Shown here: positions 22,690 to 36,609 of the stretch, piece after piece
How the letters are laid out: each line of letters opens with the position of its first letter
Position numbering within the stretch: position 1 is the stretch's first letter
NCBI RefSeq assembly: GCF_004210375.1
Contig: NC_134837.1
Location: 252,553,964-252,617,963, forward strand
DNA from: Tachypleus tridentatus
Lineage: Eukaryota
Direction: 5' to 3'
DNA length: 64,000 nt
Position numbers and translations under genes: made by a program
Notes under the pieces: generated by a model
Told to the model about the DNA's origin: nothing
The model's database searches: none
What the model saw: only the letters and a program-made list of their open reading frames with translations

Positions 22690-23402
22690 CTGTGAGCCTG
22701 ATAAAAAGAACATACATATATCACCAAGTTTCTGCACAACTCAGCAGCTTGTTTTAGAATTTTTCTGCCCAATCAAAAGCACATGTAATTATTATGAAAT
22801 TATTACTCCTTAAAAAAGTAAGTATTAATGTTTTGTGTCTAACTTAATATTCCTTCTTTTTACACATATTTTATTAAACATAGCCTACAATTCCACCCAT
22901 TTATCACCTCCTACTGTTGAGTAGAGACCTGTGAATAATATTTGTGAGTTTTAATACTTGCCCCAATAACCTTAGTTAGTGTATTCAAATTAGTTGTTTG
23001 TTTTTGATTCTGTTTGGAAGAACGACTGAATGTGGTTTCAACCAATGGTAGTCACAGGTTTCTAATTTCTAATGATCCTTAGGCTTGATGTGGTTAACTA
23101 ATATAAGCTGCAAAATTTGAAAACAACACCATGAACTTAGTGAAAACACTTAAATCCAAATGAAAATTGTAAGTTTTGCAACTATAAGGTCAGATCCTCT
23201 AAAGATGGAATTGAATGTTACTTAATAACGTCAACCCTTAATTAATTCACACTGTACAATAAAACTTTGTTCATTTAGCATGAAGGATAACAATAATAAT
23301 ATCAAACAAATTTAATATTGTAATTTTTAACAAGATATTAATTTATATGTATTTTGAGGAAGTATTTTCACATAAACAGCAATAAAGAACAAGAAGGTAT
23401 AC

Positions 23403-23555
23403 CAGTTGTCCGTTAAATGGACTATTCTTAGACTTCTACAAGTTCTGTCTGTCAGATAGAGATCACCTTGTTGGGTGCCTATGGCAACACAATCTCCCTT
23501 TGATGCATAATTCATGGTGGTAACTTCACCCAATAACTTGTGCTGATTCTGAACT
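23403..23555 (-). CDS. NACHT-WD40 gene exon
   Basis: ctgtag|..VQNQHKLLGEVTTMNYASKGDCVAIGTQQGDLYLTDRTCRSLRIVHLTDNW|gtatac. Overlaps the minus-strand ORF 23327-23533. Confidence 0.55.
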
Positions 23556-24450
23556 CTACAGTAAAATAAACACTGAATTAATCTTCAAGTATAACACAGT
23601 CAAATAACAAAATAGTTGTTTATTCTGTGAAAATTATTAATAATTATAATTAATTTTCAATTACTAATTTGTTCATTGTTTACTGGTGTACATATAAATA
23701 ATTTAAACATTTCATCCAACACTACTTTCCTGTATATTTATATTAAACAATTTTACATAAATCTATGAATTAAAAAAAAATAACTGAAAACTATAACACC
23801 TTTGAAGAGTTGACTATATTTCTTCTTCCCAACCAAAAATAATCAATTATTTGAATATTCAAGTTTTTAGTCAATTTTGAAATTCTCTTTCATATGTGAT
23901 CTTGTGTGTTAAATCTTCTATAAAAATAATATAAATCCAGATCAGAATACCACACAGGGTTGTCCAAAAGTAATGACTCTATGACACACACAAAAAATAT
24001 ACATTTTCTGAGAGCAACACCTATTCACAGTTTAAGTACAAACAAATATAAATAAAAAGAAATAGATCAGTTAGAAACCATCTTTTTTTCTTATGGGAAT
24101 TCCTTATGACACCTTTCCTTTACTGACTGAAAAACCACATAGTAAATGAGTACTATTACTTTTGGGCAATTCATATATTACATATACATGTGACAAAAAG
24201 CTAAAAATTATAACAAGACCTATGTAAAGGTTAGTTAATGTTGAAGAAAACTACAAGATATTATGACATGATGGAATAGGTTTAAATTGTATGAAATATC
24301 AATGTAATAATTTATCTATTTATGATCCACACTCCATTAACCATACAAGTCTTCTGTTTTCTTAGTGACATTTAGAGATTCATTCTTTTACTTTCATAGT
24401 GAGTGTATCATAATTATTTTTTTGTTTAACTGAATCTGAACCGAACCTAC

Positions 24451-24737
24451 CTCTTCATGGCCACAGTAACTAATGGCAGATAAGCTACCGTTTATGGTCA
24501 ACTCCCATATTACCAGCTTTCCCAACTCATCCCCACTGAGAATGTGACGCCATTGTCCGAAATCCTAACTATGTTCACTCGACCCTTGTGGTGTTTAGAA
24601 TTATCATCTGTTAAAGTCTTCAAGTTCCAAAACTTCACGGTTCGATCTTGAGAAGTTGAGATTAACTGTTCATTGTTTATCACAGCACATCCCAGTACTG
24701 GCTCACTATGTCCATACAAGGTGCACTTTTCTATTCT
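24451..24737 (-). CDS. Exon with two WD40 repeats that carries an apparent 1-bp frameshift
   Basis: KCTLYGHSEPVLGCAVINNEQLISTSQDRTVKFWNLKTLTDDNSKHHKGRVNIVRISDNGVTFSVG, then a frame jump at the C4 run 24531-24534, then DELGKLVIWELTINGSLSAISYCGHEE|gtaggt. One extra C would give the canonical ...FSVGDELGKLVIWEL. Confidence 0.6.
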
Positions 24738-27475
24738 CTTATAATATGAAAGGATATGAAACAACTTATTACCTAATTCCTTAATATGTGTAAGAGAGTT
24801 TAAAATTTATGAATTACTTTATAACTGTTTAATTCATTAAATATATTGAACATTTATAGAACAAACTCCAAATTGTCTGGTTACGTTTTTTTTCACATGA
24901 TAAGAAAGAAACTTATTTTTAATAGGACTTTTCTAAATATAATGAGAAGTCAAACACAAGTGCAGTTTAAAATACAATTACTAATGAAGCAGTAAAATAG
25001 AATCAGTATATAACAATTAAAAAAACCTATAAGTAACGTGTAGAGAAAGACATAAGATTTAAACTTCTTTGCAATCACAATAATTAACCAGTGAAGCAAA
25101 GACAACGTCAATTACAATGCTCTAAATAGTCTTATCTGCTACAATATAGTGAATATTAAATGAATAAGAAATAAAAATACCACCTCCCAAGACTCAGAAT
25201 ATTTGATTTATTACATCACACTGGATATGCATGATGTTTATATTTTCCACAGAGGTTCATAATATAAATTAGCTTGTTAAGTATTATGTGTGAAAAGATT
25301 TGTAATTTAAGTCATTAGAATAAAGATAATGTGTCTAAATTTCCAAATAAATATACATCAACAATTAAATATCATGTGTGTATTGGTATGTAATACAGAT
25401 AGTCGAGTACATTATATCAAAATGATTTTGGGGCTACTTCATCTCAATAAAGCACACATTGCCATGTTTGTTTATGATTTATCTGAGGACCATGCACCTT
25501 GACAATGGCTCAGAAGTGTAGTTGCTATTGTAAAAGGCTCTGTTGTAATACTTTCATGTCAACAGTACACCATTCTTCCTGAAAGTTTCTTGTAAGATGT
25601 TAGTGTACAAGGATGATGGTTTCCTAGTGTCTGTTCAACAGACTGGTCACATGTAAATTCACAAGCATTGCATTGGCATGTCTTCATATAGAATAGCAAG
25701 AATGCTGTTTTATTCCTTAGGTGCTTGAAGTATAGAACCATTAAATGGGAGTTACAACTGGAAACCTTATATTGATGAACTTACAACCTGTTGCCCTTTC
25801 CAACGAAGATACTTCTTGATTATGTTGTGCACTGTTGCCTGGGGCACATGGAAAGCTACCCTCATTAGTCTTTATGTACTTGGATTCTCACCTGTTACAA
25901 GAGACAACACACTTTGCTTTCCATGCTTAAAGAATGATTTATTGCAGGTCTTTTTCTAGATGGTCCTGGTACCCCAAGTTGATCAATAATTTTTTGCTTT
26001 CTGTGTAGTTAAGTACATGGAATATCTCTGATGTAAGTACATATTGAAAAGGACTGTTACATACCCTTCCCCAAAATTATTTATTTTTGGTGGCATCACA
26101 CTACTTACAAAGTGTCATGCAATGTCAAAATGAAATTCTATTACATGTCATTCCACCACAATTTTATATCAACCACGCTTGTCACAATTTTCTGATTTAA
26201 ACATTCAAAGTCATTTTAACATAATGCACTCAATCCTTTATCAGCACATTAAATACCAAGTGTGAACATGATTGTGATGTGAATCAACACAGTATGATAT
26301 ATGAACTAGTTTGTAACATACATCAACATATTAAGTATCATTCAAGAAAGAAACAGCTATTATCATCCCTAAATTATGTAATAAACAACAACTTTAAAAT
26401 ACATTGATAAATAAACAATAAAAGAAAAAATGTATCAGGTACTTTTTTATATTTAACAGGCTGAGATATCCTTCTTCATTCAATTTACGGGATTAAAATA
26501 ATGTGTTGGTGGGTTTATGATAAATAACATAAAAATTCTAACTTTCACACAATTTATTTATTAAATATTATTACACTAATCATTATTAACTGATCAAACG
26601 TTTTGTATTGGCTTTAAGAACTCAATATATATGAGGTAATAGTCTAAATATTTACGGGAGGTGTGATTTCTGTTACATGCTTTCAACACTTAACTTTTAT
26701 GTCTCTCCACAGTGTTTCACATGCTTAATTAATCTGTGGTCATTCACTTCAAATGTGTCTTATGGGACAAAGTTGAAAGGTCATGGGTTAAAACAGAAAG
26801 TGGTCATAACTCAAGAAATGTATTTTTCATATCGGCATTATGATGGGTGTTGGATTAGAAACTTCATCTGAGCTGACATATTATTGCAACAGTGATGTCC
26901 ATTGTTTTTTCATTCCATTCTTCCATTAAGAGTGCTAGCACACTCTTTTAAATATAAGACATTCTGTGCCTTCCCCAACACTGTATATTGTGCTAAAAAA
27001 AATATTTTTTTTTTTCAGGTGTAAAGATGTGGCACTCCCTACGAATGTAGTTAACATTAATTTCTCCCAAAGATAACAAGTGTTTAATAACATCAATGTT
27101 GGGGGGTGGAGGGAGTTATAAACTTTACTAAAAAGTTACAAGCTACCATTCCACAAAGTTTGAGATTGGGCTATTGAACTAGTAGTAGTTTGACAATGGA
27201 CAGAGAAACAAAATGTATATACACACACACACACACACAATGTTTTATAAGTGTGTGTGGGTGTATAAATATCAAATCTTAAAATGGATCATAACTGTAG
27301 TTTTGAAATTTAAAAAATGTTTTATTTAATAGACCACATCCCTCTTTCCATAAGAATAATTTAGCTTGCGTTTATACTCTGCTGTTACATGATCTGAGAA
27401 AATAAAAAGAATAGATTTTACACCATGCACTTGTCATGCCATTAATAGTAATATATAATGTTTACAATTACTTAC

Positions 27476-27558
27476 TGCAAAAGGTTTTCTGATTGTAATA
27501 GAACCATCTTCTTCTTCTGTTGCAATCAGGCCCCTGAATCGACTTTCTTTGCCCAAGT
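27476..27558 (-). CDS. NACHT-WD40 gene exon
   Basis: tttaatag|..ENENLGKESRFRGLIATEEEDGSITIRKPFA|gtaagt. Confidence 0.5.
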
Positions 27559-28852
27559 TTTCATTCTCTATTAAAGGAAGAAAAATACAACAGTAAACCT
27601 GATGTGATAACATATAATAAAAACTGCTGAGGAATATACAGATTCATAATATTTTAACAACTTCTTTCTAGAGTTTGGGAAACAAAATACTAAAACAATA
27701 CATTATAACAGGCTGTATCCCAGGACGACTGGTATTAACAATTTTACAAAAAGAAAACAGAGAATAATATGAAGATGACCTAAGAAGGTCAAAATGTTGT
27801 TCTCTGTTTTATTGTGGTAAAAGTGTTCACACCTATACAAGAAGTCAATAGATTCATTTTTACTTCAAGTGAGTTTCTCGTCATTATGAATCAAAGCAGA
27901 CTTCTACAAAATACACTGTTTGTCTTATTACATCTAATAGAAATAAGTATGAAATTGCATAGTATGGGACTACCAATATATGTAAATTTTAATGTAACTA
28001 CTGCATGGATATCACCAAAACACTAAGGATCTTGAAAGAACATTCCTATAAAAACCATTTAGAAAAACAATTAACATCCAATATACATCATTCATGGTAT
28101 ATAAAATTAGTGTATGTCATCACAGGTAATCTAACTGATGCAGCTTCTTAGGCTTATGCCATCCCAGGTAAGTATTTACTAACAGAGTAATCGCAGGTTT
28201 TATTCTATAACCCCTACATTCAACAACCTGTGGTCTTTTTTGTGGGTTTTTGTTAATTCGTGGCACATCTTGCATAGGAACTTGTCACTGATGGTTTCAA
28301 GAGGTTCATTATCAAGAAATTATAAAATTCAAATATGATTTAGAATATGTGAGAGAAAATACCACTTTGCTACGAGCTGAACAACACAAAATATGAAAGA
28401 TACCTACAGGTTAAATGGAAAAATTCACATTAACTAACAAGCTCAACAGTCACTAATTGTATCTGATGACCATAAGATAACCACTGTATCTTCTCAGTGT
28501 TATTCATGTAATATCCAGGCAATTTGTACATACACATCTTTTATGATTTTCTCTGAATCAATCATCTCTCCTTTAACAGTAAAGCACCAAACTGATGAAA
28601 CAATGCATTGTAATCTTTGTAAGCAAGAATATATTAACAAATATATTTGATTAGCTATGCTCATTTAATCCAGGTTTATTTTTAGATTTTAGTTCTTCTC
28701 CAAATAGACAGCTTGCTGTAACTTAAGTTAATACTAAATCTTCAATTGTTATAAATATATTATTGGCACATTTGTCATTGTATGACATTATTAAACCTTT
28801 GGAAAGTAGAAATCATAACAAAAACAAACTTTGAAGAATGAGTACAATTTAC

Positions 28853-28979
28853 CTTTCTGCAGGGTAAAAGCTGGGTAGCTTTTGTGGGAATGTAACGCAG
28901 GTAGACTGGTAATCAAATTTCCATTTATATTCCACAATGCAGACGAACCATCTACACATCCAGCAAAGATGTAACCTCC
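28853..28979 (-). CDS. WD40 exon
   Basis: tttctcag|GGYIFAGCVDGSSALWNINGNLITSLPALHSHKSYPAFTLQK|gtaaat. Confidence 0.6.
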
Positions 28980-30374
28980 CTGAGAAACAGATTTATTTAT
29001 ATATTTACATTTGAGTTATAGCTTATATATCTGCCTGTCTGTATCTATATAAAAAAACACAAGTCCACATTATAAATATAATAAAAATGTTCTGAATTCA
29101 GCTTTAAGCCATGATTGTGAATATCTATTCTGTCATTTCTTATTTAATCATACCAGATTTCCTGTAACTCAAGCCATCTGGACAGTCAAAAATGACTGTC
29201 TCAGATTCATACCTAAAGAAAAATGTTTGGCAGAAATAAATAAATTATAGACTATACATGATTTCAATAATATAATTTTTTTTTTACTGCAAAGTTAGAC
29301 AACAGGCTATCTCCACTCTGTCCATTCTGGGAAATCAAATCCCAAGTTTTAGCACTATGTTTGTAAACTTACTGTTGAACAACTGAGAGAAGGCTTAAGT
29401 TATGGAACATTTAGTAGTAAGTAAAATAAAACAAATGTTACTGTAACGACTTTAACATGGATTGAAATAATGACATTTATCAAGTAATGTGTTACACATG
29501 GCAAGATAACTTTTAAGTAGATCAGTTACAGCTCTCTGTATTTGAAATAAATCATACATAATTACTTTATCTAAAATATTTTATAAATGGTTAGAAAGAC
29601 AATCTTATCAATAAGATAAAACATTTAATAATACCAGTTGTTCCACTTTAGTCAGTATATTTATTGTACTTTCATATCGATTCCTGTCATCTGCAGAAAT
29701 GTAATTTACTTTTAACTAAACACTGTTTATTCATGAAAAATCTCATGAAACTGAAATATATATATATATATTGTATGTCTTACAAGATTCATATTATTAT
29801 TATAAAATTAATGCAGTTTAAAAATGTTGTGACTATAATTCCAATCTCAAAACTGCATTACAGAGTTTTTAATACATAAAATTGGTATCTTAACAGAAAC
29901 AACTATATGCTCATATTAAAAAGAAAACAAGTATTGGTTATGGGTAACTAAAGTTAATGCATCTCAGTGCTAATTTAATTAACTGGCATTTTCTACCTGT
30001 TTAACAATTTAAGCAACACAAGATAAACGACCAAGCTAAAGACCTCAAGGTTCAGGTAAAGTCATCCCAAATTTTGAACTTCAAATTGGAGAAAAGGGCA
30101 AATTAGAGCTGTGGCATGCATTTTGAAACCTCAAACCTTTAAATATGAAGCACAACATGCTAACCACTAGGCCATGCATGGCCCATTCTTACTGACATAT
30201 ACCACCAATATTACCTTCTTCAGTTTTACTATATGATACAGAAACAAATGTGACACTTGTATATTTAAGTAATGTATTTCTTATACGAGATATTAGTAGC
30301 CAAGTAAACATGGGTAATCATGTCTGAAAAACAGCAACATGGAATACACACAAAATCAGCACCTCTTTTGTTAC

Positions 30375-30470
30375 ATAGACAATAGACGATTGAAGTCCAT
30401 ACAACACACGGGGTTCCTTTTCTGTTTTAATATCCCAAACTCTCACAGTAGCATCTGCACTTCCAGTAAC
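30375..30470 (-). CDS. WD40 exon
   Basis: cttaatag|VTGSADATVRVWDIKTEKEPRVLYGLQSSIVY|gtaaca. Confidence 0.6.
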
Positions 30471-30839
30471 CTATTAAGAGAAAATGTGTTATAGAGTGGA
30501 GAAACAAAACTAAAAACATACTTTACTAGATTAGACAGTTTAACAGTAAATGCTTCAAAACAGACACAACACGTTATAATCAGTAGGCCAAGCTGATTAG
30601 CAATAGTCCTAGCACTATCAATTCATGTTCTTTACTAATTGTCTGCTGGTAAATTTAAGAAACTTGCTTACTGATTTATAGTTAATAGTATAAATACACT
30701 ATGGCACAATGGCTGTATGACAGATATACATTTTTGTGTTTACGAAGCCAATGTAAATTCCTTGTTCAGGTATAGTTCTTCAGTTTACAGAAAAATATGT
30801 TTATAATATGTACACGAATCTTAGCTAACGATTACAACT

Positions 30840-31130
30840 CATCTAACAATGGATCATTACGCACACAAATAAATCCTACCTGACAATAACAACTTCACTG
30901 GCAGTGGGTCATAATGCACACAAGTGAATTCTACCCAACAATCACAACTCAATTAACAATGGGTCATAATGCACACAAGTGAATTCTACCTAAAATTTAT
31001 CACAATTTGACTAACAATGGGTCATAATGTGCACAAGTGAATCCAACCTAACAGCCACAACTCAAGAAACAATGGGTCACAATACATACAAGTGAATCCT
31101 GTCTAGAAACTGTAACTCAACTGATAATAA
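30840..31130. repeat. Minisatellite, 57-60-bp unit, about 5 copies
   Basis: Recurring ...caactcaattaacaatgggtcataatgcacacaagtgaattctacc... Confidence 0.8.
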
Positions 31131-32379
31131 TTCTGAAGATACATTTACACATGCAAGTTAAAACATACTTATGTATCCATGCATGCACATATATATTACT
31201 CTTTTGTAGCTAATACTTCTCTCGTCCTGATGTAAGGTATAGAAAAAACTAAATCTTCCTTTGAAACATTTACAAAATTTCTAAGTAAATACTTCAAGGG
31301 TTACCATTAAACAAAAGTAAAAACACTTTAATGCCTTCAACACATTTGTCAATAAACCACAAAAATAAAATTAAAAAATAAAAAGGATTTATTGGAGAGC
31401 AGAGATACCAGTAGGGGATATATCAACAATGGTGATAGTTCCCAACTCTTGGAAGGAGCCAATCACAAAATGTCTTCAAGTTTTCTTAAGTGCAGAAGTT
31501 AATATGTATTTTCATTGACAGTATTTAAATTTGAAAAATTTAATACAGTTTTTGAAACAGTATTTAAAAGGCATACATTTTATAATCACACTTTTTCTAG
31601 AGCACTCTATCCAGTTAAAGTTATACTATAACTACATCACAAACACACTTTTTTTTACACAATGAATTTTGAAGAAAGGAAAATAAAGACTTCATAACTG
31701 CTTCTGTTATACTGACTGGAAAACAAGATCCCAGCATGAGGTGCAGCTTACCAAAATTGTTAAATTTTAATGATTTTAAACATGAATTATTTCAATATTA
31801 TCTGAATAAATTGTAAAAAGAGAACACATTTAAATAGGGAACCATAGATATATTTGGTACTAGGTCCACTAAAGAGTCTATCTCTTTATTAACATAACTT
31901 AAAGTTTCAACCTGCAGAATATGAGATGAACACCCTAACCACCAGGCAATGCCAGGCCTAGGAGGCTCGAAAATAAAATCTGAAAAGAATGGTGAATTAA
32001 AACATTAAATACATATATAACTCTAAGAATTCACCAAGTTTCTCAAATCAAGGTAATGAGCATCTAATAGTAAACAAAGCAACATAATGGTACCAGAAAT
32101 GGCTTATATGGCTCAGGCATCTTTCAAACAGTGGCAAAGCATTTAGAAGGAAAAGAATTACATTACACGTTATCCTTTAGTTTTTATTAATGAAGATTTA
32201 ATCAGTGTTTCTCAAACTAAACAGTTTCTAGATTGAAACAAGGACTGAATTAGAATGATCACATCAATTCTAAGCTTGTTAAGAAAACATTTGGAAGTTT
32301 AAAGAATGATAAAGCTCCTGGATACAGATGTTTCTTCAAGAGTTTTGAAAGAGATTAAGTCATGATCATGTGAGCCATT

Positions 32380-33420
32380 TTCTTTAAATTTTTGTAAATC
32401 TTTGAATATAAGATTTCAAGTTGGCTAATGTCACTACCCTTTTCAATGGAGGTAATAGAAATTGTTCCAGTAATTATTAATTATAAGTCTATTAGTCATA
32501 TGTCAGTGGTGATAAAAGATGCTTTGGAAAGTCACTTAACAAACTTAAAAATTTTGTTGAATAGTCAGCATGGTTTTACTGGGGAAAACCTTGCCTTAAT
32601 AAATTTTTAACATTATATGAAGAGGTTACTTTTTGTGTAGATAAGGGTAAGATGGTGTATCTGGATTTTCAGAAAGCATTTGACAAAGTGCCACATAAAA
32701 TGGTTGTTGAAAAATGTTATCTCAGTCGCTGTCGGGAATAGGTTGGCTCATTAGATAGAAAGCTGGCTAGACAGAGGAAAGCAAATAGTTGTTAAAAATA
32801 CAGCTAGGTCAAACTGGACTAATGTCACAAGTAGAGAACATCAAGACTCAGTGTTAGCACATTTGTTGTTTTTTATTTACTTCAGTAACATAGATGAATA
32901 AATAATCTCTTGATATTTTAAATTTACTGACATTATTAAAGTTTTGGGTGTTGTTAACTGTGAGAATGATGCTGTTGCTTTACAAAAAAAACTGGATTAG
33001 TTAGTGAGCTGGGCAAAGAAATTGCACCTTGTTTTTAATTCTAATAAATGCAATGTAGTACATATGGTGTATCACAAGCTGAAATTTAATTTAACATTAA
33101 AAGTATTACAGAAGAAAAAGACCTCAGTGCCTTCCTTATTGATCATTAATTTTTTAAGCCATCCAAACACTGTGCTGTTGTTAACAGCAGGAAAAATAGG
33201 GTTTTAGACTGTATCTATACTAATTATAAATACATATATAAAAAGGTTATAATGTCATTCCACAGGTCACTGATTAGGCCACATATTGAGGTCTTTACTT
33301 CAGTAAGAATATTGAATAGTTGGAAAGGACATCAGAGGAGAAGTACTACTTTCAGATATAAATGCAGTTAACATCAGCAAGTTTAAGGGAAAGCTTAAAA
33401 TATATTTGAGCGATAATGGC
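32380..33420 (+). mobile_element. CR1/L2-like LINE fragment (RT domain through the 3' region), decayed, intronic
   Basis: The frames contain NSQHGFTGENLAL (the QHGFR.GRSC motif), VYLDFQKAFDKVPH, WLDRGKQIVVKNTARSNWTNVTSREHQDSVLAHLLFFIY (like SGVPQGSVLGP.LF.IY), WAKKLHLVFNSNKCNVVHM, and SLIRPHIEVF (like LVRPHLEYC). Multiple frameshifts. Confidence 0.7.
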
Positions 33421-33659
33421 TAGATTTGAGTTTGAATCTTTTTTAAGGTTTTAGTTTAATTTAGTGGACAAGACAGTCCAGATGTATCAAAAATTTTCTC
33501 CTTGTCCTTTAATGTTATAATTAATATATAGAGAAAAAATACTTTCCATTCTATTCAAAGGTAGAAACGTGTTTGGTGGTTTATTTTTAAATTTCAAAGT
33601 TCTTCACTTTTGCTACACATTTTAAGCATTATCACTTATAAACAGTTGGTTATTGGTGA

Positions 33660-33890
33660 TAACACACTTAACCAAGTGTTTATAACAACACACATCAAAA
33701 AGATAAAAATTAACCAAATGCTTATAAGTAATAATACATATTATAAAGATAACAATTAACCAAATGTTTATAAGTGATAATACACATTAAAAAAGATAAC
33801 AATTAACCAAATGTTTATAAGTGATAATACATATTAAAAAAATAACAATTAACCAAATGTTTATAAGTGATAATACATATCAAAAAGAGG
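33660..33890. repeat. Minisatellite, 57-bp unit, about 4 copies
   Basis: taaccaaatgtttataagtgataatacatattaaaaaagataacaat repeated. Confidence 0.85.
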
Positions 33891-33972
33891 CAAGTTTTAA
33901 CTTGTTATCCTATTCATCAAAGTATAGACAATCTAAAGCAAAGCAAAAGAAACTTGTTCTGTACTTACCAAG

Positions 33973-34108
33973 AAATTATCCTTAAAACTGCAGGATGTGA
34001 TCCAATCTAAGTGGTAGTCATTTAAAGATTGTTCTAAAACAAGGTTTACAGATGCACTTCCTTTTGCATCAGAATTAGCTACAGCCACCTTCCATTTCTT
34101 CACTGTCT
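33973..34108 (-). CDS. NACHT-WD40 gene exon
   Basis: ctctag|TVKKWKVAVANSDAKGSASVNLVLEQSLNDYHLDWITSCSFKDNFL|gtaagt. Confidence 0.55.
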
Positions 34109-34396
34109 AGAGTAGGGATAAAGCATTTTATCCTAGAGACATTCTAACAACACATTTACCTGTGCTATAAGTTTATAAATCTAAACATTCCTTAACATAA
34201 CACCAACCATAACGTAATGCATACACTGTTTCATCTAAAATATATGAGAATACAAATTGTGGCTTTCTCCACAGAAAATGAAAAATCTATATATATAAAC
34301 TGTAATAGTCATAAAAAACAATACTTTGATATTTTTACTTTAAAAATTATTTCAAAACATCTCTAAAACTTAAGATAGTCTAAAAACATTACTCAC

Positions 34397-34496
34397 TCGA
34401 TCTAAGCCTGTTGTGAAAAACAAGTCATCGGTCAGCACAGCAAATCCTGAAACATGACCTTCGTGTGCAGTGACATTACTGAGTAGAGTACCCTGA
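34397..34496 (-). CDS. WD40 exon
   Basis: tttctttag|..QGTLLSNVTAHEGHVSGFAVLTDDLFFTTGLDR|gtgagt. Confidence 0.55.
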
Positions 34497-35444
34497 CTAA
34501 AGAAAGAAACACCCCAAAAGATGTAACTACCATGTGCACGTATACAAGTATTTCATACATAAATGATGAAATCAAGTTTATTTTACTATCAATCTGGTGT
34601 TCTCAAGTATGACCATTCACTTCCCTACAGTCAGGTCCAGTAATCACTAACAAGAAGTTTTAGCAGAAGACTGGACAACAATGAAGTGCTGAAATAAAGT
34701 ACCTTATATACAAACAGCCTTGGATATCATTCAAACCCCAAATACAGCTATTTCTTACAAAGATCCTCACCAACCACATCACCTTTCAAGAGAAATATGA
34801 AAGATTGAGTATTCCATACCTCCATATTACCATATGGATAATGTGGCCATAACACATGTTAGGTCAAGTTCACATATACAGGGCATCCTGATATGAATGC
34901 ACCAAATATAATGTTAAATAGGTTTTTAATTACTTGGGATAAGAACAAAATTGAAAAATAAATTTCTGAAGACTTCTAAGTTTTCTAAGTTTATTATTAT
35001 TCTTATTACTTACATTATTTACAAATGTATTTTATTACAGATTTCAGAACTAAACTCTGTTTTTGATTAAAATTATAATACTTGAAGCATTCCTTCAGCT
35101 TAACTTTGGAAACAAAAGTCTACCACAATAAACCAATGGATCTTGAGAAAATGAAATTTCGTATCCACAATGCTGTTGTATTCATCCATACAACCGTGTT
35201 AGAAAATGTGTTCTGAGAATGTGAACACAAAATTAGATTAATTGTAACTAATGATGAGAGATGTGTACAAGTTTATTAATTAAATAAAATAAAATTTATG
35301 AGCATTTAGAAGACATTTTGTTTTGAATTTTGTTGTTATCTTAAACAATATAAATATTATTCAACTTTCCTTTTGGTATATGCATTTTGGGACACCCTGT
35401 ATTTCCCACTATCATCAACCCTGGATTAACTATCACCAATGTGT

Positions 35445-35700
35445 AATTGGGCAGTTTGTTTTTCACAAGGGCTATCTCCACTAGCCCTTGTGAAAAACTA
35501 CAGGAAAGACCAGCTAGTCATCACCATCCACTGCCAACTCTTAGGGTACTTTTTCACCAATAAATAGTGTGACTGAAGTCACATTGTAACACATCCATTG
35601 CTGAAACGGTGAGTATATTTGGTGGGATGGGGATTCAAACCCACAACCCTCAGATTGCAAGTCAAGCACCCTAATCACTTAACCATGCCGGATAATTAGT
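35445..35700 (-). mobile_element. tRNA-derived SINE, diverged copy
   Basis: The reverse complement reads ccggcatggttaagtgattagggtgcttgacttgcaatctgagggttgtgggtttgaatccccatccc...ccctaagagttggcagtggatggtgatgactagctgg. Confidence 0.65.
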
Positions 35701-36609
35701 CAGTAAATGGTAATAATAACATCAACATATTTTAAAGCTGGTTATTTATAAATAACCATGGTGAAACCAAAGCATATACTTGTGAAAAATATTCACCTTT
35801 CTTTTCATGTTCAAAGGAAATGAAATACATGTTGTTCTTTTTTAATTCAACACTTACAAACCTAATACTGGATATGTAAACATATATATATATATATATA
35901 TGCATGACACAGTGTAAGTTTTAATATTTGTTACAGGTTAACAAAAATAAATATGTAACTTTTTCTTCCCTAATTCTGATGGCTTGATTAATTTATAAAA
36001 TTTCACAAGCATTGGTTAGTATTAATTAAAAAAAATATTTTTTAGTGGTTTTAGTAGTGGTTAATAAATTAAAAGCTAGAATAGAAAATAAAGAAATAAT
36101 TTGATAACATATGATAACATTACTGGTTGGATCACATTTTCAGTCTTAAAAGTTCTTGTGAATTTTATATGTGTATAATGATTAAAGGTAAACTTTTTAA
36201 TGAATGTAAATTTTCTTTTTAAAATATAATTTAATTATGATATTCTAATAAAGGTTTGAGATCCAGGGTACAAATGAAATCCATCTGATACTATCCAGAG
36301 ACATATGATGGTACCATTCAATAAACACAACAATAAACAACAAGAGAGACTTTTACAGGTGCTTTATGTATGTATAGTAATTTCTTAAGATTCACAATTC
36401 TATCGAGATGAAAATGGATAAAGGACCTGAGCACTAGAAAAACTACAGTAAGTTTCACTCACATGTACAAGATTAATAAAGAACAACAGTCAAGTTCAAT
36501 TTCTCTCTTACAGTTTTAGTTTAGTTTCAATACCTGAGACATTCCTGTATTAGTATGGGTTGTTTTAATAATAAAAAATTCATTATGCACAAATAAATAT
36601 ATACGAAAC

